From: Candidatus Hydrogenedentota bacterium
GTDB lineage: Bacteria; Hydrogenedentota; Hydrogenedentia; Hydrogenedentales; SLHB01
Reading direction: 5' to 3'
Length of the DNA stretch: 64,000 bases
NCBI GenBank assembly: GCA_963668025.2
Contig: CAXXTH010000018.1
Coordinates: 160,001 to 224,000 of the forward strand
This document shows, piece after piece, positions 48,514-58,591 of the stretch. The translations under genes were made by a program, and so were the position numbers. Each line of letters starts with the position of its first letter. The first letter of the stretch is position 1. Below the pieces are notes generated by a model. It was not told where the DNA came from, searched no databases, and saw nothing but the letters and a program-made list of their open reading frames with translations.

Positions 48514-48964
48514 TAGGCTTTTTTCACCTCTTCTACCTCATCAAAGAGATCCTCCCGCATGCGTCACGGCCATCCTAGACAGGAGTTCCACAAAAAATGG
48601 GGGTTGATAACTGCAACTAATTGTATTGAATAGAGTTACCCGTCTATAGAAGTTTCCTTGTCGAATTTTGGGGGATTTTTTGCATCCTAGATACTTTACA
48701 ATCCGGAGAACTAGATATATAATGAGTCTTAGAATTTGGTAGGGGGGACTGCTAGGGTAGAAGTGAATTCGTATGGCGGCATAGGCTCCTGACCAAGCTC
48801 TAGTTTTGAGCGCAGTGAGGAATCGCTTGATATTCCGGGCGCTCGTTTTACAGGTGCTCATTCGCTTGCGTTCAGCATAGTTTCGGGATCTTGTTTTTAG
48901 GGGTAGCGTCTAGTTTTTGGTTGGACGGGTCAACATGGAAAAACTCAAAGGGAGGTATCTCGAG

Positions 48965-50467
48965 ATGAACACACGTCATAGAAGACAAGTGGCCTTAGGC
49001 GTCATTCTCATTGCCCTGAGTGTAGCGCCATGGGCATTCGCCGATTGGACCTATTACAAGACACCGCCGACAGATCCAGGTCCGTCATATGCCGGGCTGG
49101 TGATAACTGATGATGCAGGAGGCGATGAGGACCAGATACTCCTACCAGCACATGCCGACACGGCGATCTTTCAAGGGGGATCCGGGAGGTACGCTGCCTA
49201 TTTCGAAGAGGAGACCGATGTAAACGGGAACACATACTACGACCTGGTGTTTGCGACGCACATGTACAATGACACCTGGAGTGTAGAAGATACGGGCATC
49301 TCCGTACCGTACGACAACGGTTACACACCCCCGACAAACTGGGGTGTCAGCAACCTCCGCGTGAGCCTCGCTGTTACATCCTCTGGTTCGCCCGTGATAG
49401 CGTACGCGTATGATGTCCTCCTGGCTGATAGTCTCGCAGTACTTAGCGATAGGTACCAGTACGTCATGTGCGTATGGAAGTCAGGTGCTAACTGGGTCGC
49501 GCCATCAACAGTAGATACCTGGCAACCCTATCCATATGACTATCCTCATAATGGACCACTCGAGGGTGATTTCACGCAGCTCCAGATCTCACTTGCCCTG
49601 CGCAGAGACAACGTACCTGTAGTCGGATACACTCAAAATAGTTGCTGTTCCTTTTGGGATGCTGATGAGGGAAAGTACCTTTGTACCTATCGCTCGCGAA
49701 TAAACTGCAAGTACCAAAACGGTGCTAACTGGACTGACTTGGTCGGAAGCACCATCGGGAACAGCATCTCGGAGTGTTATTTAGGCGACCCGCAAATATG
49801 GAATAAGAATACGGACATTTCACTGGATATGGATCCCTCCGCGAGTTCCGCAGCGACAGAGTGTCGAATAGCATATTCCGGTCACCACCGCGGCCAGAGT
49901 CCGATCATGGATTGTGTATTCTACCTATACTGGAATCCCTCGAATCTGCGTTGGATCAAGGAGGTTCCGTACTGGACAACAACTGTCAAGTCGGCGTGGA
50001 CTCAAAATGATGCGTCCGTGGCGCTTGCTATGGCCAATGATGGCACCGCCCATGTGGCTTTCCAGAACAACGAAGACTCCGACGACGACTCACATACCTA
50101 TTACACGAAACGGACCGCTCCATCGACGTGGACCGCCAAGCAAGACGTGGTCTCGAGTTGGCCAGAAGGTTGGTATCGAACGAAACTTGGCGACATCGAT
50201 CTCGACTATAGTCAGCGGCCGTGCGTTGCGTTGATGTGGTACGACAGCGACGGATACGAGCATCTCGGGTGCTATGTGGCAAGAGCTGCGGACAGCTGGG
50301 CGTATAATGCGAATAACATTGTATTCGGGACTGTATATGCGGCTGATTGGCGACCCCGCTTGTCGACCGGTGGATACTACGGGCTCGTCAGTTGCGCCAC
50401 GGAGCGAATTTCGTTTCCACTCCCGTCGACTTCGTTCGGGGCAATGGCGATGGGAACCCTTTATTGA
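48965..50467 (+). CDS. Hypothetical secreted protein, probable beta-propeller
   Basis: RBS ggagg and a signal peptide ending AFA; repeated SLAxxxxGxPxIAY...W units. No family recognised. Confidence 0.7.
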   Translation: MNTRHRRQVALGVILIALSVAPWAFADWTYYKTPPTDPGPSYAGLVITDDAGGDEDQILLPAHADTAIFQGGSGRYAAYFEEETDVNGNTYYDLVFATHMYNDTWSVEDTGISVPYDNGYTPPTNWGVSNLRVSLAVTSSGSPVIAYAYDVLLADSLAVLSDRYQYVMCVWKSGANWVAPSTVDTWQPYPYDYPHNGPLEGDFTQLQISLALRRDNVPVVGYTQNSCCSFWDADEGKYLCTYRSRINCKYQNGANWTDLVGSTIGNSISECYLGDPQIWNKNTDISLDMDPSASSAATECRIAYSGHHRGQSPIMDCVFYLYWNPSNLRWIKEVPYWTTTVKSAWTQNDASVALAMANDGTAHVAFQNNEDSDDDSHTYYTKRTAPSTWTAKQDVVSSWPEGWYRTKLGDIDLDYSQRPCVALMWYDSDGYEHLGCYVARAADSWAYNANNIVFGTVYAADWRPRLSTGGYYGLVSCATERISFPLPSTSFGAMAMGTLY

Positions 50468-50528
50468 TTCTACGAAAAGGCATCCTTAGCAGTAGGCGAT
50501 ATTTGCCCCATCTCTACCATTCAAAAGC

Positions 50529-50557
50529 CGGGGAGCGCATGCGATGCGCCTCCCGGA
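50529..50557 (+). terminator. GC-rich hairpin after the 48965-50467 gene
   Basis: ccggggagcgcat-gcg-atgcgcctcccgg. Confidence 0.4.
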
Positions 50558-50839
50558 AAGATATCGTGTGAGATAGATCATATCGATCTGATATACGTCC
50601 GCTTAGAAAGATAATCAGCGTAGGATTTCTTCGCTTCTTGCGGTTCTTGTGCAATCCAATTCATCTATACCGCTAGATCGATCAGAACTGTTTAAGTGAA
50701 CACCTCTCAGAAAATACCCTTCTTCTTAAGAAAACCTCACCACCGTCTACTTCTCTTCCCTCCTTCGCGTAGTGGTTAGCCGCTATATATTTGCACTTTC
50801 CAGCACCCTGTTCATTCCGGCGACCCAAGCAGCCTTCTA

Positions 50840-51865
50840 CTATGCCGCTCCGCTCGATTCCCTGACACGCAGCACCGGCGGAAACAACACCTCGTCCGTT
50901 TCCTGGGTCCGGGTCTCGATCATGCGCAAAATCGCCTGCACCATCGCTTCGCCTAGCCGCACTTTCGGCAGCCCAATAGTCGTCAACGTCGGCCTGCTGA
51001 TCTGTGCATATTCGCTATCATCGAAACCCGTTATCATGAAATCTTCCGGGATCCGAATACCGCGCTTGCACAACACATTCATGATGGGTATGGCGGTCCG
51101 ATCCGAAACAGCCGCTATGCCATCCAGCTTTCGGCCCGTCACTTCTTCCATGATCCGCTCCGCGAAATCCGGCGAATTCTCACCCAAATTTACAACCACG
51201 CCGCGCTCGCGCGGTATTCCCGCATCCTCCAGCGCTTGATAATACCCTCGAATACGCGCCTCCTGGACAATGCGCAGATAATCCACCTCGGAAAAAGTGG
51301 GCGCGGTGAAAAATCCGATATTCTGGCACCCCTGTGCGATAAGATGCGCCGTGGCCATATAGGAGCCTTCCCGGTCGTCGAAGGTCATAAATTTCAAATC
51401 CAGCTCCGAATCGGCCCTCCGGCGGAAACATACCGTAGGCACATGATTCTGAATGAAGTACCGCATATGGTCGAGATGGACATCCACCGGCAGAATCACC
51501 ACGCCATCCACCCGGCGCGCCATCAGGCTCTTCATGTAACTGACTTCCCGTTCAATCGAGTTGAACGTGCTGCTGAACAGGATCTGGTAATCGCTTTTTT
51601 CGCCCTCTCCCTCGATCCCGCGAAGCAGATCCGCATAGAAGTCCGCGCAGTGCGGCGAGATGAGCGCGATGAGGTTGTACCGGCCACTCTTCAAGAACGA
51701 AGCCGTCCGGTTGGGCACGAAGCCCTTTTCCTCCGCGATGCGTTTGATGCGCTCGGATGTCTCATCGCTGATGCCCGCCCGCTTTCCCTTGCCATTCAAG
51801 ACATAGGAAACCGTCGCGGTCGAGACATTCGCCAAGGCGGCGATATCACTTAAACGCACACGCAC
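50840..51865 (-). CDS. LacI-family transcriptional regulator
   Basis: LSDIAALANVSTATVSYVLN HTH, RRVDGVVI, ATAHLIAQG, IPEDFMITGFDD, PTLTTI, LRVRES. Confidence 0.95.
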   Translation of the reverse strand: MRVRLSDIAALANVSTATVSYVLNGKGKRAGISDETSERIKRIAEEKGFVPNRTASFLKSGRYNLIALISPHCADFYADLLRGIEGEGEKSDYQILFSSTFNSIEREVSYMKSLMARRVDGVVILPVDVHLDHMRYFIQNHVPTVCFRRRADSELDLKFMTFDDREGSYMATAHLIAQGCQNIGFFTAPTFSEVDYLRIVQEARIRGYYQALEDAGIPRERGVVVNLGENSPDFAERIMEEVTGRKLDGIAAVSDRTAIPIMNVLCKRGIRIPEDFMITGFDDSEYAQISRPTLTTIGLPKVRLGEAMVQAILRMIETRTQETDEVLFPPVLRVRESSGAA

Positions 51866-51916
51866 GAGATGCTATCCTTTTCGCCCATTCATCAAGGCCG
51901 CTGGGCCTCGATTCAT

Positions 51917-51978
51917 CAACTTAATTGTTTGGGTTAAACAAGTAAGCTTAAAATATACCAAAATCCATTATTTGTCAA
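51917..51978 (-). promoter_or_regulatory. sigma70-type promoter plus palindromic operator upstream of lacI (copy 1)
   Basis: Minus strand TTGACA-N17-TATTTT, then the same 11-bp-arm inverted repeat as at 48452-48481. Confidence 0.75.
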
Positions 51979-52126
51979 TACCTATTTTTGACCCGCAATC
52001 CCCGCAAAATCCACCCTCGATACAAGAGCGAAAAATCCAATCCAAACACCTTGCGCCGCATGCTTTTACCCCTCCCGCCAGGATGGTACAATGCCGCGTG
52101 TATCACCCACATTCGAGAATCCATTC

Positions 52127-53200
52127 ATGCGCTTGGCCCAGATGATATGCACGGATTTCCGGAGCCTGGAACACGTCGATTTCCAGCCGGGACCGGGCGT
52201 CACGGTGATCCGTGGCGGCAATGCCCAGGGGAAAACCTCGCTCCTGGAGGCCGTGCTGTATGCCGCCACTTCCAAAAGCCACCGCACCAGCCAGGAATCT
52301 GATCTGCCCCGCCATGGAGCAGAAGGCTTCAGCCTGCGTGCGCGGGTCGCCCGGCAGGACCGCGAGGTGGCCATCGAGGCCCATTGGTGGCATGGCCAGA
52401 AACGCTTCAAGGTGAACGGCGTGCCCCAAACCCGCATTAGCGACATTCTGGGCAAGGTGCATGTCGTGTTTTTCTCGCCGGAAGACGTGGCCCTCGTGCG
52501 GGGCGCGGCATCCGTCCGCCGCCGTTTTCTCGACATGGAACTGTCCCAGCTCAGCCCGGCCTATCTCCATGCGCTTCAACGGTATCGGCAGATATTGCGC
52601 CAGCGCAATGAGCTGCTGCGGCGCGGTGCATCCGATCCCACCCTGCTCGAGGTGTGGGACGAACAACTCGCCGCCGAAGGCGAATCCGTCATGCAGGAGC
52701 GCTGCGCATTCATCGAGGAATTGTGCCAGAACGCGACGAATGCACACGCCCAAATCGCCGATGGCGAGCAATTATCGGTTCTCTACGAACCGGACATTCG
52801 AGCCGGAGTGTCGTTCCGGGATATCTTGGCCGCCGCCCGCAAATCGGACCTCAAACAAGGCATGACTACACGCGGCCCCCATCGCGACGACATCGAGTTC
52901 ACCATCGGCGGCCAATCCGCCCGCGCCTTCGCCTCACAAGGCCAGCAACGTACAGCGGCTTTGGCCGTAAAACTGGCCGAAGTGGAACTGGTGCGCGGGC
53001 GCGCGGGTGAATATCCCATCCTCATGCTCGATGACGTGTTATCGGAATTGGACGCCCAGCGCTCACGCCATCTCTTCGGCGCTATCGGCCCGCACGTCCA
53101 ATGCCTGGTCACCACCACGGACCTCACCGGGCAAAACGGCCTCTTCGGCCCAGACGCAGCATATGTGCGCATCGAAGGAGGCTGCATTGAGGAAGCGTAA
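52127..53200 (+). CDS. recF: DNA replication/repair protein RecF
   Basis: GGNAQGKTSLLEA, SKSHRT, VFFSPED, RRRFLD, GPHRDD, SQGQQRT, ILMLDDVLSELD. Confidence 0.97.
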   Translation: MRLAQMICTDFRSLEHVDFQPGPGVTVIRGGNAQGKTSLLEAVLYAATSKSHRTSQESDLPRHGAEGFSLRARVARQDREVAIEAHWWHGQKRFKVNGVPQTRISDILGKVHVVFFSPEDVALVRGAASVRRRFLDMELSQLSPAYLHALQRYRQILRQRNELLRRGASDPTLLEVWDEQLAAEGESVMQERCAFIEELCQNATNAHAQIADGEQLSVLYEPDIRAGVSFRDILAAARKSDLKQGMTTRGPHRDDIEFTIGGQSARAFASQGQQRTAALAVKLAEVELVRGRAGEYPILMLDDVLSELDAQRSRHLFGAIGPHVQCLVTTTDLTGQNGLFGPDAAYVRIEGGCIEEA

Positions 53201-53570
53201 AGAGGACACAGCCGGGGCCAATAGCCCCACGCCCAAACGACGCCGGGATAAAAGCCATCCGACTTCCGTCGCCTCTATTCTCGATAGCCTCAAGGCCACC
53301 ACCGCCCTGGGAACTCAACTCGAGCAGGCCCGCATTTGGGAAGAATGGCCCGCCCTCGCTGGCGCCCGCCTCAGCCCCCATGGTTTTCCCGTGACCGTCA
53401 AGGACGGCACCCTCTATATCGAAGCCGACAACACCGTGGCGATGCACCAGTTCGCCTACCAGAAATGGAAACTCATCCAGCGCATCAACCGCCTCGCCCA
53501 AAAAGAACTCATCTCCGACATCTTCATCCTCCTCCAGCCCGAAGATGAAAAACAGGAAGAACAGTCATAA
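53187..53570 (+). CDS. dciA: DUF721 / DciA-family protein
   Basis: Follows and overlaps recF (TTG 53187); ARIWEEWPALAG, GTLYIEADN, LIQRIN pattern typical of DUF721. Confidence 0.75.
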   Translation: MRKRKEDTAGANSPTPKRRRDKSHPTSVASILDSLKATTALGTQLEQARIWEEWPALAGARLSPHGFPVTVKDGTLYIEADNTVAMHQFAYQKWKLIQRINRLAQKELISDIFILLQPEDEKQEEQS

Positions 53571-53618
53571 TCATCTCTTTGCGCTTTCGCATTTTCGCGT
53601 GAAAATGCTCCTCCCCCC

Positions 53619-53657
53619 TTGACAACCCGCCCAAAAATGTATTAAAGTATTAATACA
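53619..53657 (+). promoter_or_regulatory. Promoter -35 and YtrA/GntR-type operator
   Basis: TTGACA at 53619-53624; perfect inverted repeat TGTATTAA-agta-TTAATACA at 53638-53657 over the -10 region. Confidence 0.85.
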
Positions 53658-53683
53658 ATTTGACAGGAACGGAGGTGGCGGCC

Positions 53684-54097
53684 ATGCGGCTTCATATCGC
53701 GCCTGACGGCGGCGTGCCCATCTACCAGCAAATCGTCAACCAAATGAAGTACCTCCTGGCCTCCGGACGCCTCGCACCCGGCGACGAAGTTCCCCCCATC
53801 CGCACCTTGGCGGAACAACTCCTGATCAATCCCAATACCGTCGCGCGGGCCTACCGCGAGCTCGAAGTCATGGGGCTCTTCACCAAGCGCCAGGGCGCGG
53901 GCACCTATGTGTCCGGTAAAGGTTCGCCGCTGGCCCAGGAAGAACGCCTGCGAATTTTACGTGAAAAAGTGGATGCGCTGCTGGCCGAAGCGGAACAGCT
54001 TGGCGTGTCCGTTGAAGAGGTGTCGCGTTTGATTGCGGAACAATATGCCGCCTTGAGGACGGCGCATGGAGAGGAAAACACACATGAAACCGAGTGA
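53684..54097 (+). CDS. GntR-family (YtrA subfamily) transcriptional regulator
   Basis: PIYQQI, PPIRTLAEQLLINPNTVARAYRELE, QGAGTYV, short C-terminal domain; ATG 53684 after ggagg. Confidence 0.93.
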   Translation: MRLHIAPDGGVPIYQQIVNQMKYLLASGRLAPGDEVPPIRTLAEQLLINPNTVARAYRELEVMGLFTKRQGAGTYVSGKGSPLAQEERLRILREKVDALLAEAEQLGVSVEEVSRLIAEQYAALRTAHGEENTHETE

Positions 54098-55010
54098 TAT
54101 CGAGCAAATCGAGTATCCCATCCAGGTGAGCGGCCTATCCCGCCAGTTCAGCCAAACGTTTGCCCTAAACAATGTGGACCTGGCCGTGCCTCGCGGCAGC
54201 GTGTTTGGACTGGTCGGCGAGAATGGCGCGGGCAAGACCACGCTGGTCAAACACCTGATCGGACTCTACAAGGCCCAGCGCGGCTCGGTGCGCGTGTTCG
54301 GCCTCGACCCCGTCAAGGAAGTCGAGGCGGTGCTGGGCAACGTCGGCTACCTCTCCGAAGACCGCGATCTGCCCAATTGGATGACCGTGAGTGAGCTTAT
54401 CTGGTACGTGCAGTCATTCTACCCGGATTGGGACGCCACATACGCCGAGGAACTCCGGGAGTCCTTCGAGCTGGACCCCACGATGAAAATCAAGCACCTC
54501 AGCCGGGGCCGCCGCGCGCTGGCGGGACTCCTCGTGGCGCTGGCCCACCACCCCTCGCTCCTCGTCCTCGATGAACCCTCCTCGGGCCTCGACCCCGTCG
54601 TCCGGCGCGACATCCTCACCGCCGTCATCCGCACCGTGGCCGACGCCGGGCGCACCGTGCTGTTCTCCTCGCACCTGCTCGATGAAGTCGAGCGCGTCGC
54701 GGACAACGTCGCCATGGTCCACAAAGGCCAAGTCGTGCTGAGCGCCCCTATCAACGACCTGAAGGGCCGCCATTGCCGCCTCACGCTGCATTTCCCCGAG
54801 CCCCAGCGCACGGCCCCAGCCCTGCCTGGCGCTCTATTCTGGGAAGGTGAAGGCCGCGAATGGACCGCCATCTGCGACGGCGAAGCCGAAGTCCTCCGCG
54901 CCGCCGTGCAAAGCACGCAAGCCCAGATCGTAGAGGAAGGCATCCCCTCACTAGAAGACATCTTCGTGGCCCGCGTCCGCGCCGGCCGCCGCATGAAAAC
55001 GGAGGAGTAA
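54084..55010 (+). CDS. ABC exporter ATP-binding protein (YtrB-like)
   Basis: GENGAGKTT, LSRG, LVLDEPSSGLD, SSH, SLEDIF. Confidence 0.95.
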   Translation: MKPSDIEQIEYPIQVSGLSRQFSQTFALNNVDLAVPRGSVFGLVGENGAGKTTLVKHLIGLYKAQRGSVRVFGLDPVKEVEAVLGNVGYLSEDRDLPNWMTVSELIWYVQSFYPDWDATYAEELRESFELDPTMKIKHLSRGRRALAGLLVALAHHPSLLVLDEPSSGLDPVVRRDILTAVIRTVADAGRTVLFSSHLLDEVERVADNVAMVHKGQVVLSAPINDLKGRHCRLTLHFPEPQRTAPALPGALFWEGEGREWTAICDGEAEVLRAAVQSTQAQIVEEGIPSLEDIFVARVRAGRRMKTEE

Positions 55011-55014
55011 TACG

Positions 55015-56667
55015 ATGTATCGCCCTATACGCGCATTATTATGGGAACAATGGCGGCTGCTCCGCTGGCCTATCATGGCGACCGTGTTGTTATCATTCTC
55101 ACTTGTTGCTATTCCAGCGTTGTCGATGGTTCTATTTCCCCTTACTCCTGGAGAATTCGTCATCGCCGTCTTCATTCTTCTTGGTTTCATTGTTTTACTT
55201 TTATCCTGTTTTGCAGGAAAGCCCGAAGGGAAGACTCCCGTGTTTCCATCTACACTTCCTCTACGCACCTACAAATTCACTGCAGTACGATTCTTCACCC
55301 AAATCATCATTCCTGGAACATTCTTGCTTATTATACTCTCCTTACTACAATCCGCAGACTCGATATCTGCAACGGACCTTGAACCTGTTTCGTATGCACC
55401 ATTATCAACTACACTTATGTTTGTAGCCTTTTTTTCGGCGTTCCATGCGATCTTTAGCTGGCCAAAATTCGAACGCAACTTTCTGATGGGAATTCTGTAC
55501 CTACTATTCCTATTCTATCGAGAACCCATTATTGCTTTGTTCACTCAAGCTACCAAGAGCTGGGCTATGGCCGGCCTGCTCGGAGGCATAACCATCTTGC
55601 TGTTCTTTCTTCTGTCCGTCTTAGGCGATAGCAAACAGCGCCATAACCACAGCCCATTGGCGATGAAGACATTCGGCCATTCTTTCTTGCATCCAAGGAG
55701 GTTGTTCTCACGCGGAAGGCCTCATCTCACACGCGATAGAGCTCAGGTTTGGTTCGAGTGGAACATTTTTGGAAAGGCTTTTCTGTTGACCCCCCTTATA
55801 TATTTTATGTTATTTCTATATTTGTATGTTCCGTTCTATGTACACCTGTTACAGACACATAACTATAGTTCAAGTGATTTACTGCGAAATATTCTTTTGT
55901 CAAAGTTTATTTGGGTGGCAGCCTATTCCTCATTTTTAGTGGGAAACATCGTCACCCAATCCTTTTCCCGCCAGTCTGCACCTTTGAACACCCCAATCAA
56001 TATGGCGCTGCCCGCTCATACCGCCATGCTCTCAAAAGCTAGACTTAAAACAGGACTATACGGTATATCCATAAGTCTCGTAACCACTCTATTGGTCTAT
56101 GTTACTTATTTTTGCTTTTATAATGGCTCATATTCCTCGTTTACCCAATACTTTTTCCAATCAGATCAGTGGTCCGAAGCACTCATTTCTTACGGTTGTA
56201 TGGCGGTACTTGCGGCCTTAGGCGCCTGGACTATGCTATGGTTCGGATTTGTCATATGCGGCGTCTTTCTTTTGTCAATTGTTTTCTCAGGTATATCTAC
56301 AATTCTAGATATCTTTTGCCATAGCAACACATCAAGCATTATGACTTCGCTTTACTATCTTCTCGTAGCCTTTGGAATACTCGTAGGCGTGTTCTTGCTT
56401 TTCCGATGGGCCTCGAAGAACCGCCTTGCCCATTCCCGCACCTTGTATATCTTGGCAACTATGTGCCTCCTGATGCCCGCAGCTTCTGGATTGTTCCTCA
56501 CCAGTTCGCTCGTGTGGCCGTTACCCATTGCCGATTACGTCGCCATATCCGGTCTCGATACTTTCTACAATTGGACAAAACTGCTTTTCTGGATGTCCAT
56601 TGCCATATTGCCTGTTCTTCCCTTTCTGACCGTTCCATTCACTATTCAACACATACGGCACCGGTGA
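55015..56667 (+). CDS. Polytopic membrane protein, putative ABC-2-type permease (array copy 1)
   Basis: About 12 TM segments; MYRPIRALLWEQW, LPLRT, WFEW, MALP..T...ARL, LPFLTVP..I..IRHR. Confidence 0.75.
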   Translation: MYRPIRALLWEQWRLLRWPIMATVLLSFSLVAIPALSMVLFPLTPGEFVIAVFILLGFIVLLLSCFAGKPEGKTPVFPSTLPLRTYKFTAVRFFTQIIIPGTFLLIILSLLQSADSISATDLEPVSYAPLSTTLMFVAFFSAFHAIFSWPKFERNFLMGILYLLFLFYREPIIALFTQATKSWAMAGLLGGITILLFFLLSVLGDSKQRHNHSPLAMKTFGHSFLHPRRLFSRGRPHLTRDRAQVWFEWNIFGKAFLLTPLIYFMLFLYLYVPFYVHLLQTHNYSSSDLLRNILLSKFIWVAAYSSFLVGNIVTQSFSRQSAPLNTPINMALPAHTAMLSKARLKTGLYGISISLVTTLLVYVTYFCFYNGSYSSFTQYFFQSDQWSEALISYGCMAVLAALGAWTMLWFGFVICGVFLLSIVFSGISTILDIFCHSNTSSIMTSLYYLLVAFGILVGVFLLFRWASKNRLAHSRTLYILATMCLLMPAASGLFLTSSLVWPLPIADYVAISGLDTFYNWTKLLFWMSIAILPVLPFLTVPFTIQHIRHR

Positions 56668-56733
56668 ATACGTAGACCTATCGGTTCCAGAATCATTTGA
56701 AGTCATCGTTTCACACGAAGTTACCGAGATCGA

Positions 56734-56810
56734 TTCTTCGTGTACTTCGTGCTCTTCGTGGTGAAAAATTCCGGATCTTTCACCACGAAGAGCACGAAGA
56801 ACACGAAGGA
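56734..56810. repeat. 33-bp-arm hairpin built from 9-bp tandem units
   Basis: ttcttcgtgtacttcgtgctcttcgtggtgaaa / tttcaccacgaagagcacgaagaacacgaagga (2 mismatches). Confidence 0.9.
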
Positions 56811-56847
56811 AGAGGCCCTTCTCGAACATGAAAGGAGGTTCTACGCC

Positions 56848-58410
56848 ATGCACGCACCTATCCGCACATTATTATGGGAACAGTGGCAAATGTTACGCGG
56901 TCCCTTGTTGTATGCCGTGGTTTATTCACTGGTGTGCGTCTGCTTCCCAAAGACTCCTGGCGCTTTTCTTATCGGCGCGGTATTTTACATTCTAGCATTT
57001 CTGTCTTTTATTCGTTTTGCAGACAAAATCAAGCTGGATTGGGGTAATTTTGGTACAAACTCCCACGCATTTCAGTTTCTGCTTCCACTGCATACCTACA
57101 AAATTGCAGCAGCGTACTTTTTCCCGCGCATTCTTGTCTTCGGGCTGAGCCTATGCGCGATGCACACTTTGTACGCAACGGTTACCATAGTTTTCGACTT
57201 CAACTTTGGGCTTGCAGCAAAAGATATCCGTTCCACGTTCATTTCATTCGTCCTTATATTCTCCGCGTTGCAAGCCATTTTGTCATTCCCAAAGCTCCAA
57301 CGCGCCATCGTTGGAGCCTCTCTGATTGTGGTGTTGGGGAGCCAAGTCAATACTCTGTCTCATCTGCTTTCTGAGGCAGCGAAATCTTGGTATACTACAG
57401 GTCTGCTGTCCTGCTTCTTCATGTCTGTCTGCTTTGGTATGTCGATATGGGGAATCAGTAGACAGCGCCATCAGCCAGGCAGGACGGTGAGGCCCTATTG
57501 GATATTAACCAGATCTCACAAAACTCGGTGCTCGGTGCCTAAAACCACACCAAGCACACGTGAAAAAGCTCTGTTCTGGTTTGAATGGCGGACTTATTCC
57601 TGGAAAATATGGATTACTTCGTTCGCAGGTAGTTTTGCCTCCTTGCTTATTTTTTTACCCTATGATTCAGCTTATTGCATTAACGCGTTGCATATTCTCA
57701 TGCTTGTTTCTATTATACTTTCATCCTCGATTTGGGGAGGAATAATGCTTCTACACTGTGACCGTGGACAATGCAATGCAAATGCTCTCGTATATATGGC
57801 GCTGCCAATAAGCACTTCCACGATGGCCAGAGCACGTATAAAAGCAGGGGCATGCGGCATAATATCAAGCTTTGCCACCGCATTGATTGTTTCAATGATC
57901 GGTTTATCTGTTTACTATATCTACAATGTACATTTTTCTGTCTATTCATATCTTCCACTTGAGATTAATCCATCTGAATATCTATTTGCCAAAAGTGGGG
58001 TGATACTCATTTCCATTTTTGCTGTTTGGACAATCCTATGGCTAAGTATCTTTCCACCTGCTATTTTTATGTTTGTCTATGTGTTACTTGACCACAATGT
58101 TTATTTGCATTTGTATTTTTTCCCAAGCATCATTATTTGTATATTTTTTCTTTTCAGTTGGCTATTGAAGAAAAAACTACTGACTTTTAATATTCTTCTA
58201 AAGCTCGTAGCGCTATGGATCTTGTTAACCATCTTGTCTATAGCAATCTCACTTTTTCCTGATAAATCGATTACTTTTCCTATTTCACTATTTAATTTTA
58301 CTTTTCAAAAGATCTGTTCATCGTTGTTTTTTTGGTGTCCATTTTCCGTATTGCCTGTTTTGCCATTCTTGACCGTTCCACTCACTATTGAACGCATGCG
58401 GCACCGATAA
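56848..58410 (+). CDS. Polytopic membrane protein, putative ABC-2-type permease (array copy 2)
   Basis: ATG 56848 after aggagg; MHAPIRTLLWEQW, LPLHT, WFEW, MALP..T...ARI, LPFLTVPLTIERMRHR. Confidence 0.75.
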   Translation: MHAPIRTLLWEQWQMLRGPLLYAVVYSLVCVCFPKTPGAFLIGAVFYILAFLSFIRFADKIKLDWGNFGTNSHAFQFLLPLHTYKIAAAYFFPRILVFGLSLCAMHTLYATVTIVFDFNFGLAAKDIRSTFISFVLIFSALQAILSFPKLQRAIVGASLIVVLGSQVNTLSHLLSEAAKSWYTTGLLSCFFMSVCFGMSIWGISRQRHQPGRTVRPYWILTRSHKTRCSVPKTTPSTREKALFWFEWRTYSWKIWITSFAGSFASLLIFLPYDSAYCINALHILMLVSIILSSSIWGGIMLLHCDRGQCNANALVYMALPISTSTMARARIKAGACGIISSFATALIVSMIGLSVYYIYNVHFSVYSYLPLEINPSEYLFAKSGVILISIFAVWTILWLSIFPPAIFMFVYVLLDHNVYLHLYFFPSIIICIFFLFSWLLKKKLLTFNILLKLVALWILLTILSIAISLFPDKSITFPISLFNFTFQKICSSLFFWCPFSVLPVLPFLTVPLTIERMRHR

Positions 58411-58475
58411 TTACGTAGGAATATCGACAAAAAAACATTTAAGGTCATATTTTCATACGAAGTTTCCGAGATCGA

Positions 58476-58550
58476 TTCTTCGTGAACTTCGTGCTCTTCG
58501 TGGTGAAAAATTCTGGAGCTTTCACCACAAAGACACGAAGACACAAAGAG
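58476..58550. repeat. Second copy of the cttcgtg/cacgaag hairpin
   Basis: ttcttcgtgaacttcgtgctcttcgtggtgaaa / tttcaccacaaagacacgaagacacaaagag; part of a ~200-bp direct repeat with 56607-56810. Confidence 0.88.
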
Positions 58551-58591
58551 CTTTTCAGACAAGTAGATCAAGTGGAGGAGGAGTTAGTATC

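Noticed and set aside
19814-52096. Shared 14-mer ggatggtacaatgc upstream of the C25 gene and recF
   Set aside because: It is the RBS/start region in one place and a probable extended -10 in the other; there is no flanking similarity, so it is probably chance.
51980-53570. Replication origin near recF
   Set aside because: There is no dnaA, dnaN or gyrB and no cluster of DnaA boxes; only recF-dciA is present.
56740-58591. N-terminal extensions of permease ORFs 2 and 3 in the ORF track (starts 56740 and 58388)
   Set aside because: They only translate the hairpin repeats. Strong RBS-ATG starts at 56848 and 58592 match the paralog N-terminus.
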